A DNA stretch of 64,000 bases from Chitinophaga pinensis (GCA_945898275.1 CAMDHZ010000008.1:67542-131541); one strand, 5' to 3'; positions 19,521 through 29,540 are shown, numbered from the stretch's first letter. A program made the numbers and translations. The notes: generated by a model from the sequence alone, not told the origin.

Positions 19521-21979
19521 CCTGGGTCAACGTCTGCAAAGGCAATTAGTCCACGCAGCGATTTGTCTTCATAAAGTTGTTTCAATGCGCTTTTTATCAA
19601 GGTTTTACTTTGCAACAAACTGTTGGATTGCCGATTAATTTTAATGAGAATTTCTTTGATATAATAGTTTCTAATTTTGCTCACATATGGGCTGGCTGGG
19701 CCCATCATTATTGCTTGTAAATTGGGTTCAAGCAAGTTTCTTAGTTTAGTTCCCGCATATTCAGCCATATTATAATCTCGGTGCTTTACCACAAGTTTTA
19801 TCAGTCTAAAAAATGGGGGGTAAGCAAACTTTTCTCTGTCTTCCAATTCTTTTTCTAACAATGGCAAATATTGATGTTGCTTCAACAGTTGCAAAACATA
19901 ATGGTTAGGCAAGGTGGTTTGAACAATTACTTTCCCTTGTTTATGCTTTCTTCCGGCTCTTCCACTTACCTGCATGAGCAATTGCATGGCACGTTCATGC
20001 GCTCTAAAATCTGGAAATTGCAGCAAAGCATCCGCATTGATAATTCCTACTAAATTTACATGCTCAAAATCAAGCCCCTTGCTCAACATTTGAGTGCCAA
20101 CAAGAATGTCAAATTGCCTGTTTTCAAAACTTTTGATAATTTCTTCATGCCCATGTTTGGTTTTGGCCGCATCTAAATCTAACCGCGCCACACGTGTTTT
20201 GGGATAAAGTTCTCCTAATTCATCTTCCACTTTTTCGGTGCCAGTTCCTTTTAAACTCATGTGGGGAGAGCCACAGGTATGGCAGCTTTTCGGAATAGCA
20301 GCTGTATATCCGCAGTAGTGGCACTTTAGAGAGTCAATGTATTTATGGTAGGTTAAGCTGATATCACAGTTTTTACATTTGGGCACCCATTCACATTTAT
20401 TACAGCTTAGGAAGGGGGCATAGCCGCGTCTGTTTTGGAAAAGAATGATTTGCTCATTGTTTTGCAAAGTTTCTTCAATGGCTTGGTGTAAAGCAAAACC
20501 AATGTCCTCCTTCATCATTTTCTTGGTTCTTCTTTCTTCGCCAAGGTCGGAAGTTTCAATTTTTGGAAGTGCTACATCATGGTAACGTTTATCCATTATT
20601 ACCCAGCCATATTTGCCTGTTTTGGCCATGAAATAGACTTCCATTGAAGGGGTGGCTGAACCTAATAGTGTTTTGCAAGCATGTATTTTTGCCAACATCA
20701 TAGCTGCATCGCGCGCATGGTAGCGGGGTGCAGGCTCTTGTTGTTTGTAGGAGCTCTCATGTTCTTCGTCTACAATTACCAAACCTAACTCCTGAAACGG
20801 CAAGAAAATAGAACTGCGAGCACCAATAACAACGCGGTATTGACCGTCATTTACCTTATTCCAAATTTCTACCCGCTCTTGGTCGTTAAACTTACTGTGA
20901 TAAGCTATACAATGTTCACCGAAATACTTATTGATGCGTTTGATGATTTGAGAGGTAAGGGCAATTTCTGGCAAGAGGTATAAAACTTGTTTGCCATTGG
21001 CAAGTGCTTCTTCAATGAGTTTAACATACACGTGTGTTTTGCCGCTTCCCGTAACACCTTGCAACAAGGCCACTTCTTTTTCTTCAAATGATTGCTTTAA
21101 GGCCAAGTATGCTTCTTCTTGGTTTGGGTTCAAACTAAAACTTTCTTTTGCCAAAAGTTCCATTTGCAAGCGGTCTATGTTTACTTCGTATGGTGTAAGA
21201 ACTTCGTTTTTAATTAAAGTTTGTAAGGAAGAAGCTGCATTTCCTCCAAATTTTAAAATACTACTTCTGTCTGTTACTTCATTCTGTTGCTTTAAGTGCA
21301 AAAACGACATCAATATTTGCAGTTGTTTTGGCTTTTTTTCAAGCGAATCAAAAAGTGCTGCAAGGGCCTTTTCTCCTTCATAAATTGGGTTCAAAGCAAA
21401 ACAAGTAAGGGTTTTAGGTTTGTATTTGCCTTGTAATTCTTCCCTTATTCTAATCATGCCTTTGCTCACCATACTTTTGATGAGCGGAAATACATTTTTG
21501 AGACGCACAATTTCAGAAACATCTGCCAAGGTTAACTCTGCTTGCACTTCCAAGGCTTCCCAAATTAGAAATTCTTTTTGATCGAGTTCAACGGCATTCG
21601 GGTTAAATTCTTCATTGGCCTCAATGCGGGTAGCCGATTCTAGTTTTAGTCCAGCTGGCAAAGCCGCTTGCATAACATCCCCAAGGCTGCATAAATAATA
21701 TTGGCTCATCCATTCCCAAAACTGAAAATGAATGGGATGCAATAAGGGTTTATCATCTAAAACACTATAGATATATTTTGCTTCATAGCCTTTGGGAGGT
21801 GAGTGGTGTATTTTGGCAATTAAGGCAGAATATATTTTGCGTGCACCAAATTGAATTGCCACTCTTTTGCCAATGGCAATTTCAGATTCCCACTCTCGAG
21901 GCACTCTATAAGTAAAGAGTGCATCGAGGTGCAAAGGAAGCATTACATCAATAAAAACAGCAAAATTTTCTTCCGACAC
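19517..21979 (-). CDS. priA: Primosomal protein N' (replication restart helicase PriA)
   Basis: 820 aa. The motifs present are Walker A LQGVTGSGKTHVY, DEAH-like VIVDEEHE and a Cys-rich zinc-binding insertion (CxxC ×4). Confidence 0.9.
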   Translation of the reverse strand: MSEENFAVFIDVMLPLHLDALFTYRVPREWESEIAIGKRVAIQFGARKIYSALIAKIHHSPPKGYEAKYIYSVLDDKPLLHPIHFQFWEWMSQYYLCSLGDVMQAALPAGLKLESATRIEANEEFNPNAVELDQKEFLIWEALEVQAELTLADVSEIVRLKNVFPLIKSMVSKGMIRIREELQGKYKPKTLTCFALNPIYEGEKALAALFDSLEKKPKQLQILMSFLHLKQQNEVTDRSSILKFGGNAASSLQTLIKNEVLTPYEVNIDRLQMELLAKESFSLNPNQEEAYLALKQSFEEKEVALLQGVTGSGKTHVYVKLIEEALANGKQVLYLLPEIALTSQIIKRINKYFGEHCIAYHSKFNDQERVEIWNKVNDGQYRVVIGARSSIFLPFQELGLVIVDEEHESSYKQQEPAPRYHARDAAMMLAKIHACKTLLGSATPSMEVYFMAKTGKYGWVIMDKRYHDVALPKIETSDLGEERRTKKMMKEDIGFALHQAIEETLQNNEQIILFQNRRGYAPFLSCNKCEWVPKCKNCDISLTYHKYIDSLKCHYCGYTAAIPKSCHTCGSPHMSLKGTGTEKVEDELGELYPKTRVARLDLDAAKTKHGHEEIIKSFENRQFDILVGTQMLSKGLDFEHVNLVGIINADALLQFPDFRAHERAMQLLMQVSGRAGRKHKQGKVIVQTTLPNHYVLQLLKQHQYLPLLEKELEDREKFAYPPFFRLIKLVVKHRDYNMAEYAGTKLRNLLEPNLQAIMMGPASPYVSKIRNYYIKEILIKINRQSNSLLQSKTLIKSALKQLYEDKSLRGLIAFADVDPG

Positions 21980-21984
21980 TTAGG

Positions 21985-23436
21985 TTAAGCCTCTTTAATA
22001 TTTGCAATTACTTCAAGGAAGTACTTCCAGAATTTTTGAACCGAGCTAATCTGCACACATTCGTCTGGAGAGTGCGCACCTCTAATGTTTGGTCCAAATG
22101 ATATCATTTGCATTTGAGGATAGTTAATGCCTAAAATGCCACATTCTAAACCTGCATGTACGGCATTTACATGGGGTTTTTCGTTGAACATTTCTTCATA
22201 TTGATGTTGCATCATTTTCACAATAGCCGAATTGGGTAGGGGAGCCCAACCTGGATATTCCCCTTTGGTTTGGGTTTCGCCATTTAAAAATTCTAATGCA
22301 CTTACAATCATTTCGGCCAAGTCAAGTTTTTCAGAATCTACAGAGCTTCTGCAAAGGCAGTGTATTTCGTAGGTTTCGTTTTGAACCAACACCCTAGCTA
22401 AGTTATTTGAGGATTGAACCAATCCATCTATACCAGGTGTCATGCGGTATATGCCGTTTGGTATAGTATATAAAGCCCCAATGAGATTTTTAGTAAAAGC
22501 AGCTGGCAAACAATGGCTGGTTTCTTCAGCTTCTTTCAGGCTAAGTAACAGTTGTGGGTCGGTTAAAAGATTTTCAATTTTAAAAATACCCGCCAAACGA
22601 TTTATGATATTTGCTAAAATATTAGACTCACTAGCAGGAATGGCAATCACAGCAACTGCCTCTCTTGGAATGGCATTGCGCAAACTACCTCCATCAAATT
22701 TAACCAATCTAAAGGCAATGGTTTTCTGAATTTCTTTTAAGGTGCGTGTCATTAATTTATTGGCATTGGCTCTACCCAAATGAATGTCCATACCAGAATG
22801 TCCGCCAGTTAATCCATTTACTGTTAAAGTATAGGTTTTCCAGTTGCCTGGAACAGCTTCTGCAGTATATTTTCCAACGCCAGAAACGTCTATGCCACCT
22901 GCACATCCAATGCAAAGCTCTCGATCGTCTTCTGTGTCTAGGTTTAGTAAAATATTTCCATTTAAAACACCCGCTTCAAGTCCCATAGCACCTGTCATGC
23001 CCGTTTCTTCATCTATTGTAAAGAGGGCTTCTATGGCAGGATGTTGAATCTCAGTTGAACTTAACAGCGCCATGATGGTTGCCACCCCAATTCCATTATC
23101 GGCTCCTAAAGTGGTGCCACGCGCACGCACCCAATCTCCATCTATAAACATGTCTATGCCTTGAGTTGCAAAATCAAATTGGGTATCTGCATTTTTTTGG
23201 TGCACCATGTCTAAGTGGCTTTGCAAAACAAGGGTTGGTCTAGCCTCCATACCAATTGTTGCAGGCTTTTTAATGATAACATTTCCTACGGCATCCTTGG
23301 TAGTTTGAAGTTGCAATGAAGCACCAAAATCCAACATAAACTGAATGATTTGCGCTTCTTTTTTAGAAGCTCTTGGTATGGCATTCAGGGCCGAGAAATG
23401 GTCCCATAAAGCTTTTGGTTCAATATTGTTTAACAT
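21985..23436 (-). CDS. pepD: Aminoacyl-histidine dipeptidase (Xaa-His dipeptidase), M20 family
   Basis: 483 aa with M20 metal-binding motifs (HLDMV, DNGIGVA, ETGMTGA). Confidence 0.8.
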   Translation of the reverse strand: MLNNIEPKALWDHFSALNAIPRASKKEAQIIQFMLDFGASLQLQTTKDAVGNVIIKKPATIGMEARPTLVLQSHLDMVHQKNADTQFDFATQGIDMFIDGDWVRARGTTLGADNGIGVATIMALLSSTEIQHPAIEALFTIDEETGMTGAMGLEAGVLNGNILLNLDTEDDRELCIGCAGGIDVSGVGKYTAEAVPGNWKTYTLTVNGLTGGHSGMDIHLGRANANKLMTRTLKEIQKTIAFRLVKFDGGSLRNAIPREAVAVIAIPASESNILANIINRLAGIFKIENLLTDPQLLLSLKEAEETSHCLPAAFTKNLIGALYTIPNGIYRMTPGIDGLVQSSNNLARVLVQNETYEIHCLCRSSVDSEKLDLAEMIVSALEFLNGETQTKGEYPGWAPLPNSAIVKMMQHQYEEMFNEKPHVNAVHAGLECGILGINYPQMQMISFGPNIRGAHSPDECVQISSVQKFWKYFLEVIANIKEA

Positions 23437-23581
23437 GATGTTTGAATATAGTGCACTAAAATAGGGTAAAACTTGGAATTGGCCATCTGCTTTTAAAAAA
23501 CTCCTCCTAATCCCAATTGTCTATTTTAAGAAGATGTTTTGGTTTCGTCTTGGCATTAGTTTTTTAACATAAAATTAGGAC

Positions 23582-23700
23582 GTTTACTAATTTTAGTACA
23601 TTAATGTTTACTAATTTTAGTACATTTGTGTTTGCTAAGATTAATACATGTATGTTTGCTAAGATTTGTGCATGTATGTTTACTAAAATTAGTACATAAA
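23582..23700. repeat. Five tandem 24-bp iteron-like repeats (consensus GTTTACTAATTTTAGTACATnnnn), each with the internal inverted repeat TACTAA-N4-TTAGTA
   Basis: The units start at 23582, 23606, 23630, 23654 and 23678. Units 1, 2 and 5 are near-identical. Units 3 and 4 are a diverged subtype (GTTTGCTAAGATT..). The array ends 10 bp before the Fic start codon. Confidence 0.75.
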
Positions 23701-23710
23701 AACTAAGATA

Positions 23711-25270
23711 ATGGCAACTCCGCAGGAGAAATTTGTTGAGGCGCTACGCCTTTTAAAAGAACTACAAGACAGGGGAGTAGTGGGCATACATATTTCTAGC
23801 CTTCCCAACATAAAGCACAGGCAATTGCTTATCAAGCATGGCTTTATTCGAGAGGTAAGCAAAGGGTGGTACATTGCTACTGATCCTGCTGAAATAAATG
23901 GAGAAACAACCGCATGGTTTAGTTCCTATTGGGAGTTTATTGCACAATATCTCGAGCATAAATACAATGAAAATTGGTGTTTGTCTGCCGATCAATCTTT
24001 GGCCATACATGCAGGTAATTGGACAATTCCAGAACAATTGATAGTAAGGTCATCGAAAGGAAATAACAAGCCGACACCTCTACCATATTCAACCTCTTTT
24101 TTTAATTTAAAAACTGATATACCCGCAAAGGGGCATTTAGTTGTTTACAAAGGCATTAGATTATACAGTTTACAAGCGGCCCTTGTTTATTGCACGGCAG
24201 CGTCATTTTCTTATCGCCCCATTGATGCCCGCACCGCGCTTTCTCTCATCAGAGATGCTTCAGAGGTATTACCAATTCTTTTAGAAAACGGACATACAAA
24301 ATATGCGGGTCGCTTGGCAGGTGCTTTTCGAAATAATACCCAAGAAAAAATTGCAGTTCAAATCATCGAGACCTTTAAGCAAGCGGATTATGAAATTAGG
24401 GTAGAAGATCCCTTCAACCAGAAACTTACCATACAGCTTTCAAATCGCACAAGTTCTCCTTATGTAAACCGTATTCGCCTCATGTGGCAGCAAATGAGAG
24501 AAGTTGTTTTAGCACATTTGCCGCCTTCAGTGATATTACCTAATGAGCAACAAAAATTGTTTAAAGTTATTGATGATATTTATCTTACAGATGCTTACCA
24601 TTCATTATCTATAGAGCGATATAAAGTAACACCAGCTTTGATAGAGAAAGTTAGTTCTGGCAAATGGAATTTAAAGGATAATATGGAGGATAGGAAACAA
24701 AGAGATGCCATGGCAGCTAGAGGTTATTATCAATCATTCTTAGCAGTTAAAGAATCCATTAAATCAATACTTGATGGCGGCAATCCAGGTGTTGTTGCAA
24801 ACAACCAACATTCAAAGTGGTATCGAGAATTGTTTGATCCAAGTGTAGCAGCAGGAATTTTGCGCCCATCCGATTTGGCCGGATACCGCAGTCATCAAGT
24901 GTATATTGGCAATTCTAAACATGTGCCTTTAAGTGTTGACGCTATGCGCGATGCCATGCCCGTTTTGTTTGAATTGTTGGAAGAAGAAAAAGAAGCTGCA
25001 GTAAGGGCAGTTTTAGGTCATTTTATATTTGTTTTTATTCATCCGTATATGGATGGAAATGGAAGAATTGGTCGCTTTTTAATGAATGTTATGCTAGTCA
25101 CCGGTGGCTATCCATGGATTGTGATTCCCTTTGAAAATAGAGATGAATACATGAAGGCGCTAGAAAGTGCCAGTGTTGCCATGGATATTGAACCTTTTGC
25201 TAAATTTATCAGCCTTTTGCTCAAAGAAAGCCTTTCTGGAAAAAGTCGTGCGGTTTTACCCAAGCAATAA
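23711..25270 (+). CDS. Fic/Doc-family protein (AMPylase-type)
   Basis: It has the canonical Fic motif HPYMDGNGRIGRFLMN (HxFx[DE]GNGRxxR). Confidence 0.85.
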   Translation: MATPQEKFVEALRLLKELQDRGVVGIHISSLPNIKHRQLLIKHGFIREVSKGWYIATDPAEINGETTAWFSSYWEFIAQYLEHKYNENWCLSADQSLAIHAGNWTIPEQLIVRSSKGNNKPTPLPYSTSFFNLKTDIPAKGHLVVYKGIRLYSLQAALVYCTAASFSYRPIDARTALSLIRDASEVLPILLENGHTKYAGRLAGAFRNNTQEKIAVQIIETFKQADYEIRVEDPFNQKLTIQLSNRTSSPYVNRIRLMWQQMREVVLAHLPPSVILPNEQQKLFKVIDDIYLTDAYHSLSIERYKVTPALIEKVSSGKWNLKDNMEDRKQRDAMAARGYYQSFLAVKESIKSILDGGNPGVVANNQHSKWYRELFDPSVAAGILRPSDLAGYRSHQVYIGNSKHVPLSVDAMRDAMPVLFELLEEEKEAAVRAVLGHFIFVFIHPYMDGNGRIGRFLMNVMLVTGGYPWIVIPFENRDEYMKALESASVAMDIEPFAKFISLLLKESLSGKSRAVLPKQ

Positions 25271-25296
25271 TCTTCCAAACCGCCATTTATCTCCCT

Positions 25297-28200
25297 CTAA
25301 AAACTCCTCCCCATCCCAACTACCCATCTAAAGGCAGTGTTTTGGGTTTCGCCTGATAAAGGTTGGCTGAGATAAAAAGGCATATCAAAGCGAAGGGTCA
25401 AAGGTTTTGGATCATCCAAGATTCCCCATTTTTTGATGGTTAATGCAATTCCAGCACCTGCATCAGCTAAAACACTTGTTTCGAGTTTTAGGTTGCCAAA
25501 TTGTTTACCTAAAAATCCTACATCTGCAAACAAGTAACTATCAAAGTGTACATATTTATTTAGTCCCTTAGGATTGATAAAGGATAGATAATTGTCAAAA
25601 TCAACTTCTACATTTATAGAGCTGCCATATTTGCCACTAATTGCTTCGAACTTTGTATTGTCAAAGGTGATAAAATTAACATACCCTGCATAACCTCTTA
25701 GGTTCAAACCTCCCCCTACCTGAAAATGATTCCCTTCAGTTGTATAATTCATCCATTGCTCAGGCACAATGCCTGAAGCACGGGTAAATTTATTTTCTAA
25801 CATTTCCTCAGTATTTGCGCCAGCAAGGTTTATTAAAAATTCTCCAGGCACGCTGCTGCCATCAATATACGCGGCATACAACCTGCTGCGTAATTCAAAC
25901 TTATGCAATTTGTTGGTTTGAACCAATTGCCCATCTATTCCTGCAAAATTGTAATTTGAAAATGGCGCCATTCCTTTCACGTTTAGGGTAATCTTTCCCA
26001 GACCATTAAGCAGTTGGTAGTTTCTTTCATAGGTAAGGTTAAGGGAGTTTACCCAGTTATTAAAACTTGAAACATTGGGCATACCTGGGAACAAAATTTC
26101 AGGAGCAGAATTAACTGGATTAAATGTATAAGATTGGCTATGCCCCAAGTAATAAATTTGGTGGCGTTTCATGGCTTTAATTGAAGCACTAAATTTATTT
26201 TTGCCTATTGTATTTTCCCAGCCAGCTTTGTAAAGGGTTAAACCATCCAAAAATCTGCTTTGAACAAATACTTCTTGAAACTTTTTAAGACGATGACTAT
26301 AGCTGAATTGGTAATGGAATAAATTAATTTCTGGACCTCTTCTGTATTGTTCTGCTAAACGATTGGTGGCTATGCCTGAATTATGCCAAATGCTTAAACT
26401 AAATTTGTGTTTTAGATTAAGATAATTACCATTTAAATGCAGGCCCACTTTAACGCCATCATAATTGTTGTACCAAACATCTGGTCGCCATTTTAGCGAA
26501 TAATTATGCCTATTTGGAGGCGACGAGATTTGATGATCAAAACTAAATAGCACAGGTAACTTTTTGGAGTTATCTAGCAGGTTAACATCTGCCAATCGCT
26601 TACTTGGGTCAATTATTACATCCTTTACTTTTCCAGTAACAGGCACCAAAACTGTGTGGGTAGGATTTAACAATCCCCAACCAGTCCATTTAGGTAAAAC
26701 GGAAGCAGCAGTTTGTTTGTTGAACCAAGTATTTGGGATATAGAAATTTTGTGAAGTATTGTTTTTATATAGAATGCTAAAATCAAGGGGCATTTGCATT
26801 TCGCCCTTTCTTTTAAAGGTAATGGCTACTGTATCTTTATTTATTTGCTTCACGCGAGGTACACCGTAGTCAATGGTTTTGGTGGTTTCCATCCACTGGT
26901 CAAAAAACCAATTTAAATCTACATGGGTGTATTGAATAATGCTATTTCTAAAATCTTCAAAATAGGGATGAGCCATTTTCCATTGGTTAAAATAATGTTG
27001 CATGGCTGCTAAGAAAAGCGAATCGCCCAACACATATTGCAAGTTATACAACATGGTAGCTGTTTTGTAATATACATTGCTGTAACCCCCACCGTGGTGC
27101 AGTGCGCCGTTAAAGTCATCGCTGTGGGTATTAAGTGGCATGTCTAAGTTTAAGATAGCATCTCTAAGGTAACCATACATTACGGTTTGATCCAAACTAG
27201 ACATGGGGATATAGTTTTTTCCTATATATGAATTCCTGTTTACTTTGGTTTCGCCGCGCAAACGACTCATGCTCCAATGGGTTAAAAATTGTGTGAAGCC
27301 TTCATCCAAGCTTGCTCTATAGGTTTCGTTATTGCCCACCATGCCAAAGAACCAGTTGTGGCCAATTTCGTGGGCAAATAAACCGTAATAGCCGGGCGAG
27401 CGACCATTATCAAGCGTTAGCATTGGGTATTCCATACCGTCACGCGCATCGGCCACAATCATTTTTGGGTAGGCATAGGTTCCAAAATCTTTGCTATAAG
27501 TTTGAATGATGAGGGCGTTAAACTTTGCGGCATCTTGCCAACCAGCAGCATGTGGTTCTTGTACTAGCGAGATACAACGAACTTTTCCGCGAGGATTGCC
27601 AAGCATTGGCAATACGTATTCCCCAAGGCGGTAAGTTGGATCGGCAGTCCACGCAAAGTCGTGCGTGTTTACTGCTTTAAATCGCCAAGTTTTTGTTTTG
27701 CCATCTATTGGAATAATCACAGAGGCTGCTTCGCCATAAGGTTTATCTTTAAAATTGCTAATTTCTAACTTGGCTCGAAGTTCCTCGGGGAGTACTTCTG
27801 ATTCATTTTGCAACTCACCTGTGGCATCTAAAATATAATGAGAAGGAAGGGTGAGGTTAATGTCGAATTGGCCGAAATCTCCATAAAATTCTTTGCCAAG
27901 GTGTTGAGCTGTTTCCCAACCAAATTTTCTGTCATATACGCATATACGCGGATACCAATGCACACCATCGTATTGTTTGTTGCCTTGAGGGTCTTTAAAT
28001 GTTTTCATACGTCGACGTTGGTTGCCGCCATCGTCAAAATAAGTTTCGAAATTAATTTGAAAAGTGGCCTTTGCATTAGGCAAAATCGGATTTTTGAGTT
28101 TGATTTTCATGATAGAAAAATCAATGATGGGAGTAGCTAATTCGCCATTAACAAGCACCCTTTGTATAGTTGTGCCTTTGCCATCCAATTCATATTTTCC

Positions 28201-28527
28201 AAATTTCTGTTTGAACCCATTGGCCAAGTTTAATTGCTCGAGGTAGCCTCCTTTTAAAAAGGCATTTTGGTATAAATGGAAATACACTTCATATAAAGTA
28301 TCGGGGGAATTATTGGTATAAATAAGTAGTTCTTCCGCACTTATTACATCAGTTTGGTCGTTTACCTCAGCATTAATTTTATAATGTACATCTTGCTGCC
28401 AGTAAGCATTGTGGGGTTTTCTATTTTTCCAATAATAGGGATTTTCTGCAGAAGCAAAATCAAAATCTTGGGCAAAACCTGAGGTAATAAGAAGTCCAAA
28501 AAATATAGAAAATACGGTTTTCTTCAT
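25297..28527 (-). CDS. Secreted M1-family zinc metallopeptidase with a long beta-rich C-terminal extension
   Basis: 1076 aa with a signal peptide. The HExxH+E region reads FAHEIGHNWFFGMVGNNETYRASLDEGFTQF and the GAMEN-like motif reads GMEY. Confidence 0.7.
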   Translation of the reverse strand: MKKTVFSIFFGLLITSGFAQDFDFASAENPYYWKNRKPHNAYWQQDVHYKINAEVNDQTDVISAEELLIYTNNSPDTLYEVYFHLYQNAFLKGGYLEQLNLANGFKQKFGKYELDGKGTTIQRVLVNGELATPIIDFSIMKIKLKNPILPNAKATFQINFETYFDDGGNQRRRMKTFKDPQGNKQYDGVHWYPRICVYDRKFGWETAQHLGKEFYGDFGQFDINLTLPSHYILDATGELQNESEVLPEELRAKLEISNFKDKPYGEAASVIIPIDGKTKTWRFKAVNTHDFAWTADPTYRLGEYVLPMLGNPRGKVRCISLVQEPHAAGWQDAAKFNALIIQTYSKDFGTYAYPKMIVADARDGMEYPMLTLDNGRSPGYYGLFAHEIGHNWFFGMVGNNETYRASLDEGFTQFLTHWSMSRLRGETKVNRNSYIGKNYIPMSSLDQTVMYGYLRDAILNLDMPLNTHSDDFNGALHHGGGYSNVYYKTATMLYNLQYVLGDSLFLAAMQHYFNQWKMAHPYFEDFRNSIIQYTHVDLNWFFDQWMETTKTIDYGVPRVKQINKDTVAITFKRKGEMQMPLDFSILYKNNTSQNFYIPNTWFNKQTAASVLPKWTGWGLLNPTHTVLVPVTGKVKDVIIDPSKRLADVNLLDNSKKLPVLFSFDHQISSPPNRHNYSLKWRPDVWYNNYDGVKVGLHLNGNYLNLKHKFSLSIWHNSGIATNRLAEQYRRGPEINLFHYQFSYSHRLKKFQEVFVQSRFLDGLTLYKAGWENTIGKNKFSASIKAMKRHQIYYLGHSQSYTFNPVNSAPEILFPGMPNVSSFNNWVNSLNLTYERNYQLLNGLGKITLNVKGMAPFSNYNFAGIDGQLVQTNKLHKFELRSRLYAAYIDGSSVPGEFLINLAGANTEEMLENKFTRASGIVPEQWMNYTTEGNHFQVGGGLNLRGYAGYVNFITFDNTKFEAISGKYGSSINVEVDFDNYLSFINPKGLNKYVHFDSYLFADVGFLGKQFGNLKLETSVLADAGAGIALTIKKWGILDDPKPLTLRFDMPFYLSQPLSGETQNTAFRWVVGMGRSF

Positions 28528-28586
28528 AGGTGCAAAATAATATTTTTACAACAAACCATCGCTGCATTCATTAGCTTTGCCTTAAT

Positions 28587-29540
28587 ATGAATCAATTAAA
28601 ATTAGGTGACAAAGTTCGTTTTGTAAATGAGTCGATGGAAGGAATTGTTACTTCATTGAAAGATAAAAACTTAGTTGGTGTTACAGTAGAAGACGACTTT
28701 GAAATTCCTGTAATGGCGAGTGAGTTAGTAAAAATTAAATTTGAAGAAAAGGCAGGTAATAATCAACCAGAGCTACCAGCAGCAAAGGCTTTCAAAGGAA
28801 ATTCAATTCATCCTTTAGGAGTTTTCTTTGCCTTTGATAGGGTTGGAGAAGACGGTATTGAATTATTTGTTCACAATAATTTAGCCGAGTGGGTTATCCT
28901 AAATGTGTTTCAAAAAGAAGATGGTGTTTACCATTTGTGGCAACAATTGAAATTAGAAAGAGAAGAAACTTTACTGTTAGGGAAATATAAATTTTCTGCC
29001 ATACAAGATTGGAAAACCTTATTGGTTCAAATGCTGCCTGTTGAGTCGCATACCTTGAAACCAGGGAGTTTGGTTCAAACCGAATTAAACTTTGGCGTTA
29101 AAAAATTCCATCAATGGTTAAAACATTGTTTCTTTTTGAACCGACAAGCTTATATGCTAAGGTTAGATGAAGTTTTAGAACCCTTGAATTTAAAGGCATT
29201 AACACAAAGAGATTTTGCTGAGGCACCTGTTTCAAATATTAAAAATTTAAAGGATAAACCTTCAAGCATCATCGACTTACACTATGAGGCTTTGCAACGC
29301 AATGGATACGGAAGTGCAACAGATATTACAGCTTTTCAAATGGATGTCTTTACGCAAACTTTGGAGGCGGCCTTTGTACATCAAATGAAAGAAATAGTCT
29401 ATATCCACGGAGTTGGCAACGCCTATTTGAAAAATAAAATTCGTACTTGGTTAAGTAAGCATCCCGAAATGGTAAGCGAGTTTGAAGAAGCCGATTTATT
29501 ACAATTTGGCAATGGCGCCACCTTGGTTAAATTAAAATAA
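28587..29540 (+). CDS. Smr-domain protein (DUF2027 N-terminal + C-terminal Smr)
   Basis: The C-terminal region is Smr-like: IIDLHYEAL…VYIHGVGNAYLKNKIRTWL (LDLHG…IHGKG-type). Confidence 0.5.
   Translation: MNQLKLGDKVRFVNESMEGIVTSLKDKNLVGVTVEDDFEIPVMASELVKIKFEEKAGNNQPELPAAKAFKGNSIHPLGVFFAFDRVGEDGIELFVHNNLAEWVILNVFQKEDGVYHLWQQLKLEREETLLLGKYKFSAIQDWKTLLVQMLPVESHTLKPGSLVQTELNFGVKKFHQWLKHCFFLNRQAYMLRLDEVLEPLNLKALTQRDFAEAPVSNIKNLKDKPSSIIDLHYEALQRNGYGSATDITAFQMDVFTQTLEAAFVHQMKEIVYIHGVGNAYLKNKIRTWLSKHPEMVSEFEEADLLQFGNGATLVKLK

Larger units (their letters stand above)
23496..25355. mobile_element. Possible ~1.9-kb insertion carrying the Fic gene, bounded by imperfect ~60-bp direct repeats
   Basis: The left repeat at 23496..23553 aligns at about 70% with the right repeat at 25299..25355, roughly 43 of 62 positions. 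The right copy is the 3' coding end of the M1-peptidase gene and the left copy is non-coding. No integrase lies within the window. Confidence 0.3.

Noticed and set aside
23582-23700. Possible CRISPR array (regular short repeats)
   Set aside because: The 24-bp units are contiguous, with no unique spacers between them. There are only 5 copies, they are AT-rich with two diverged subtypes, and no cas genes lie nearby. They behave like iterons or operators, not CRISPR repeats.
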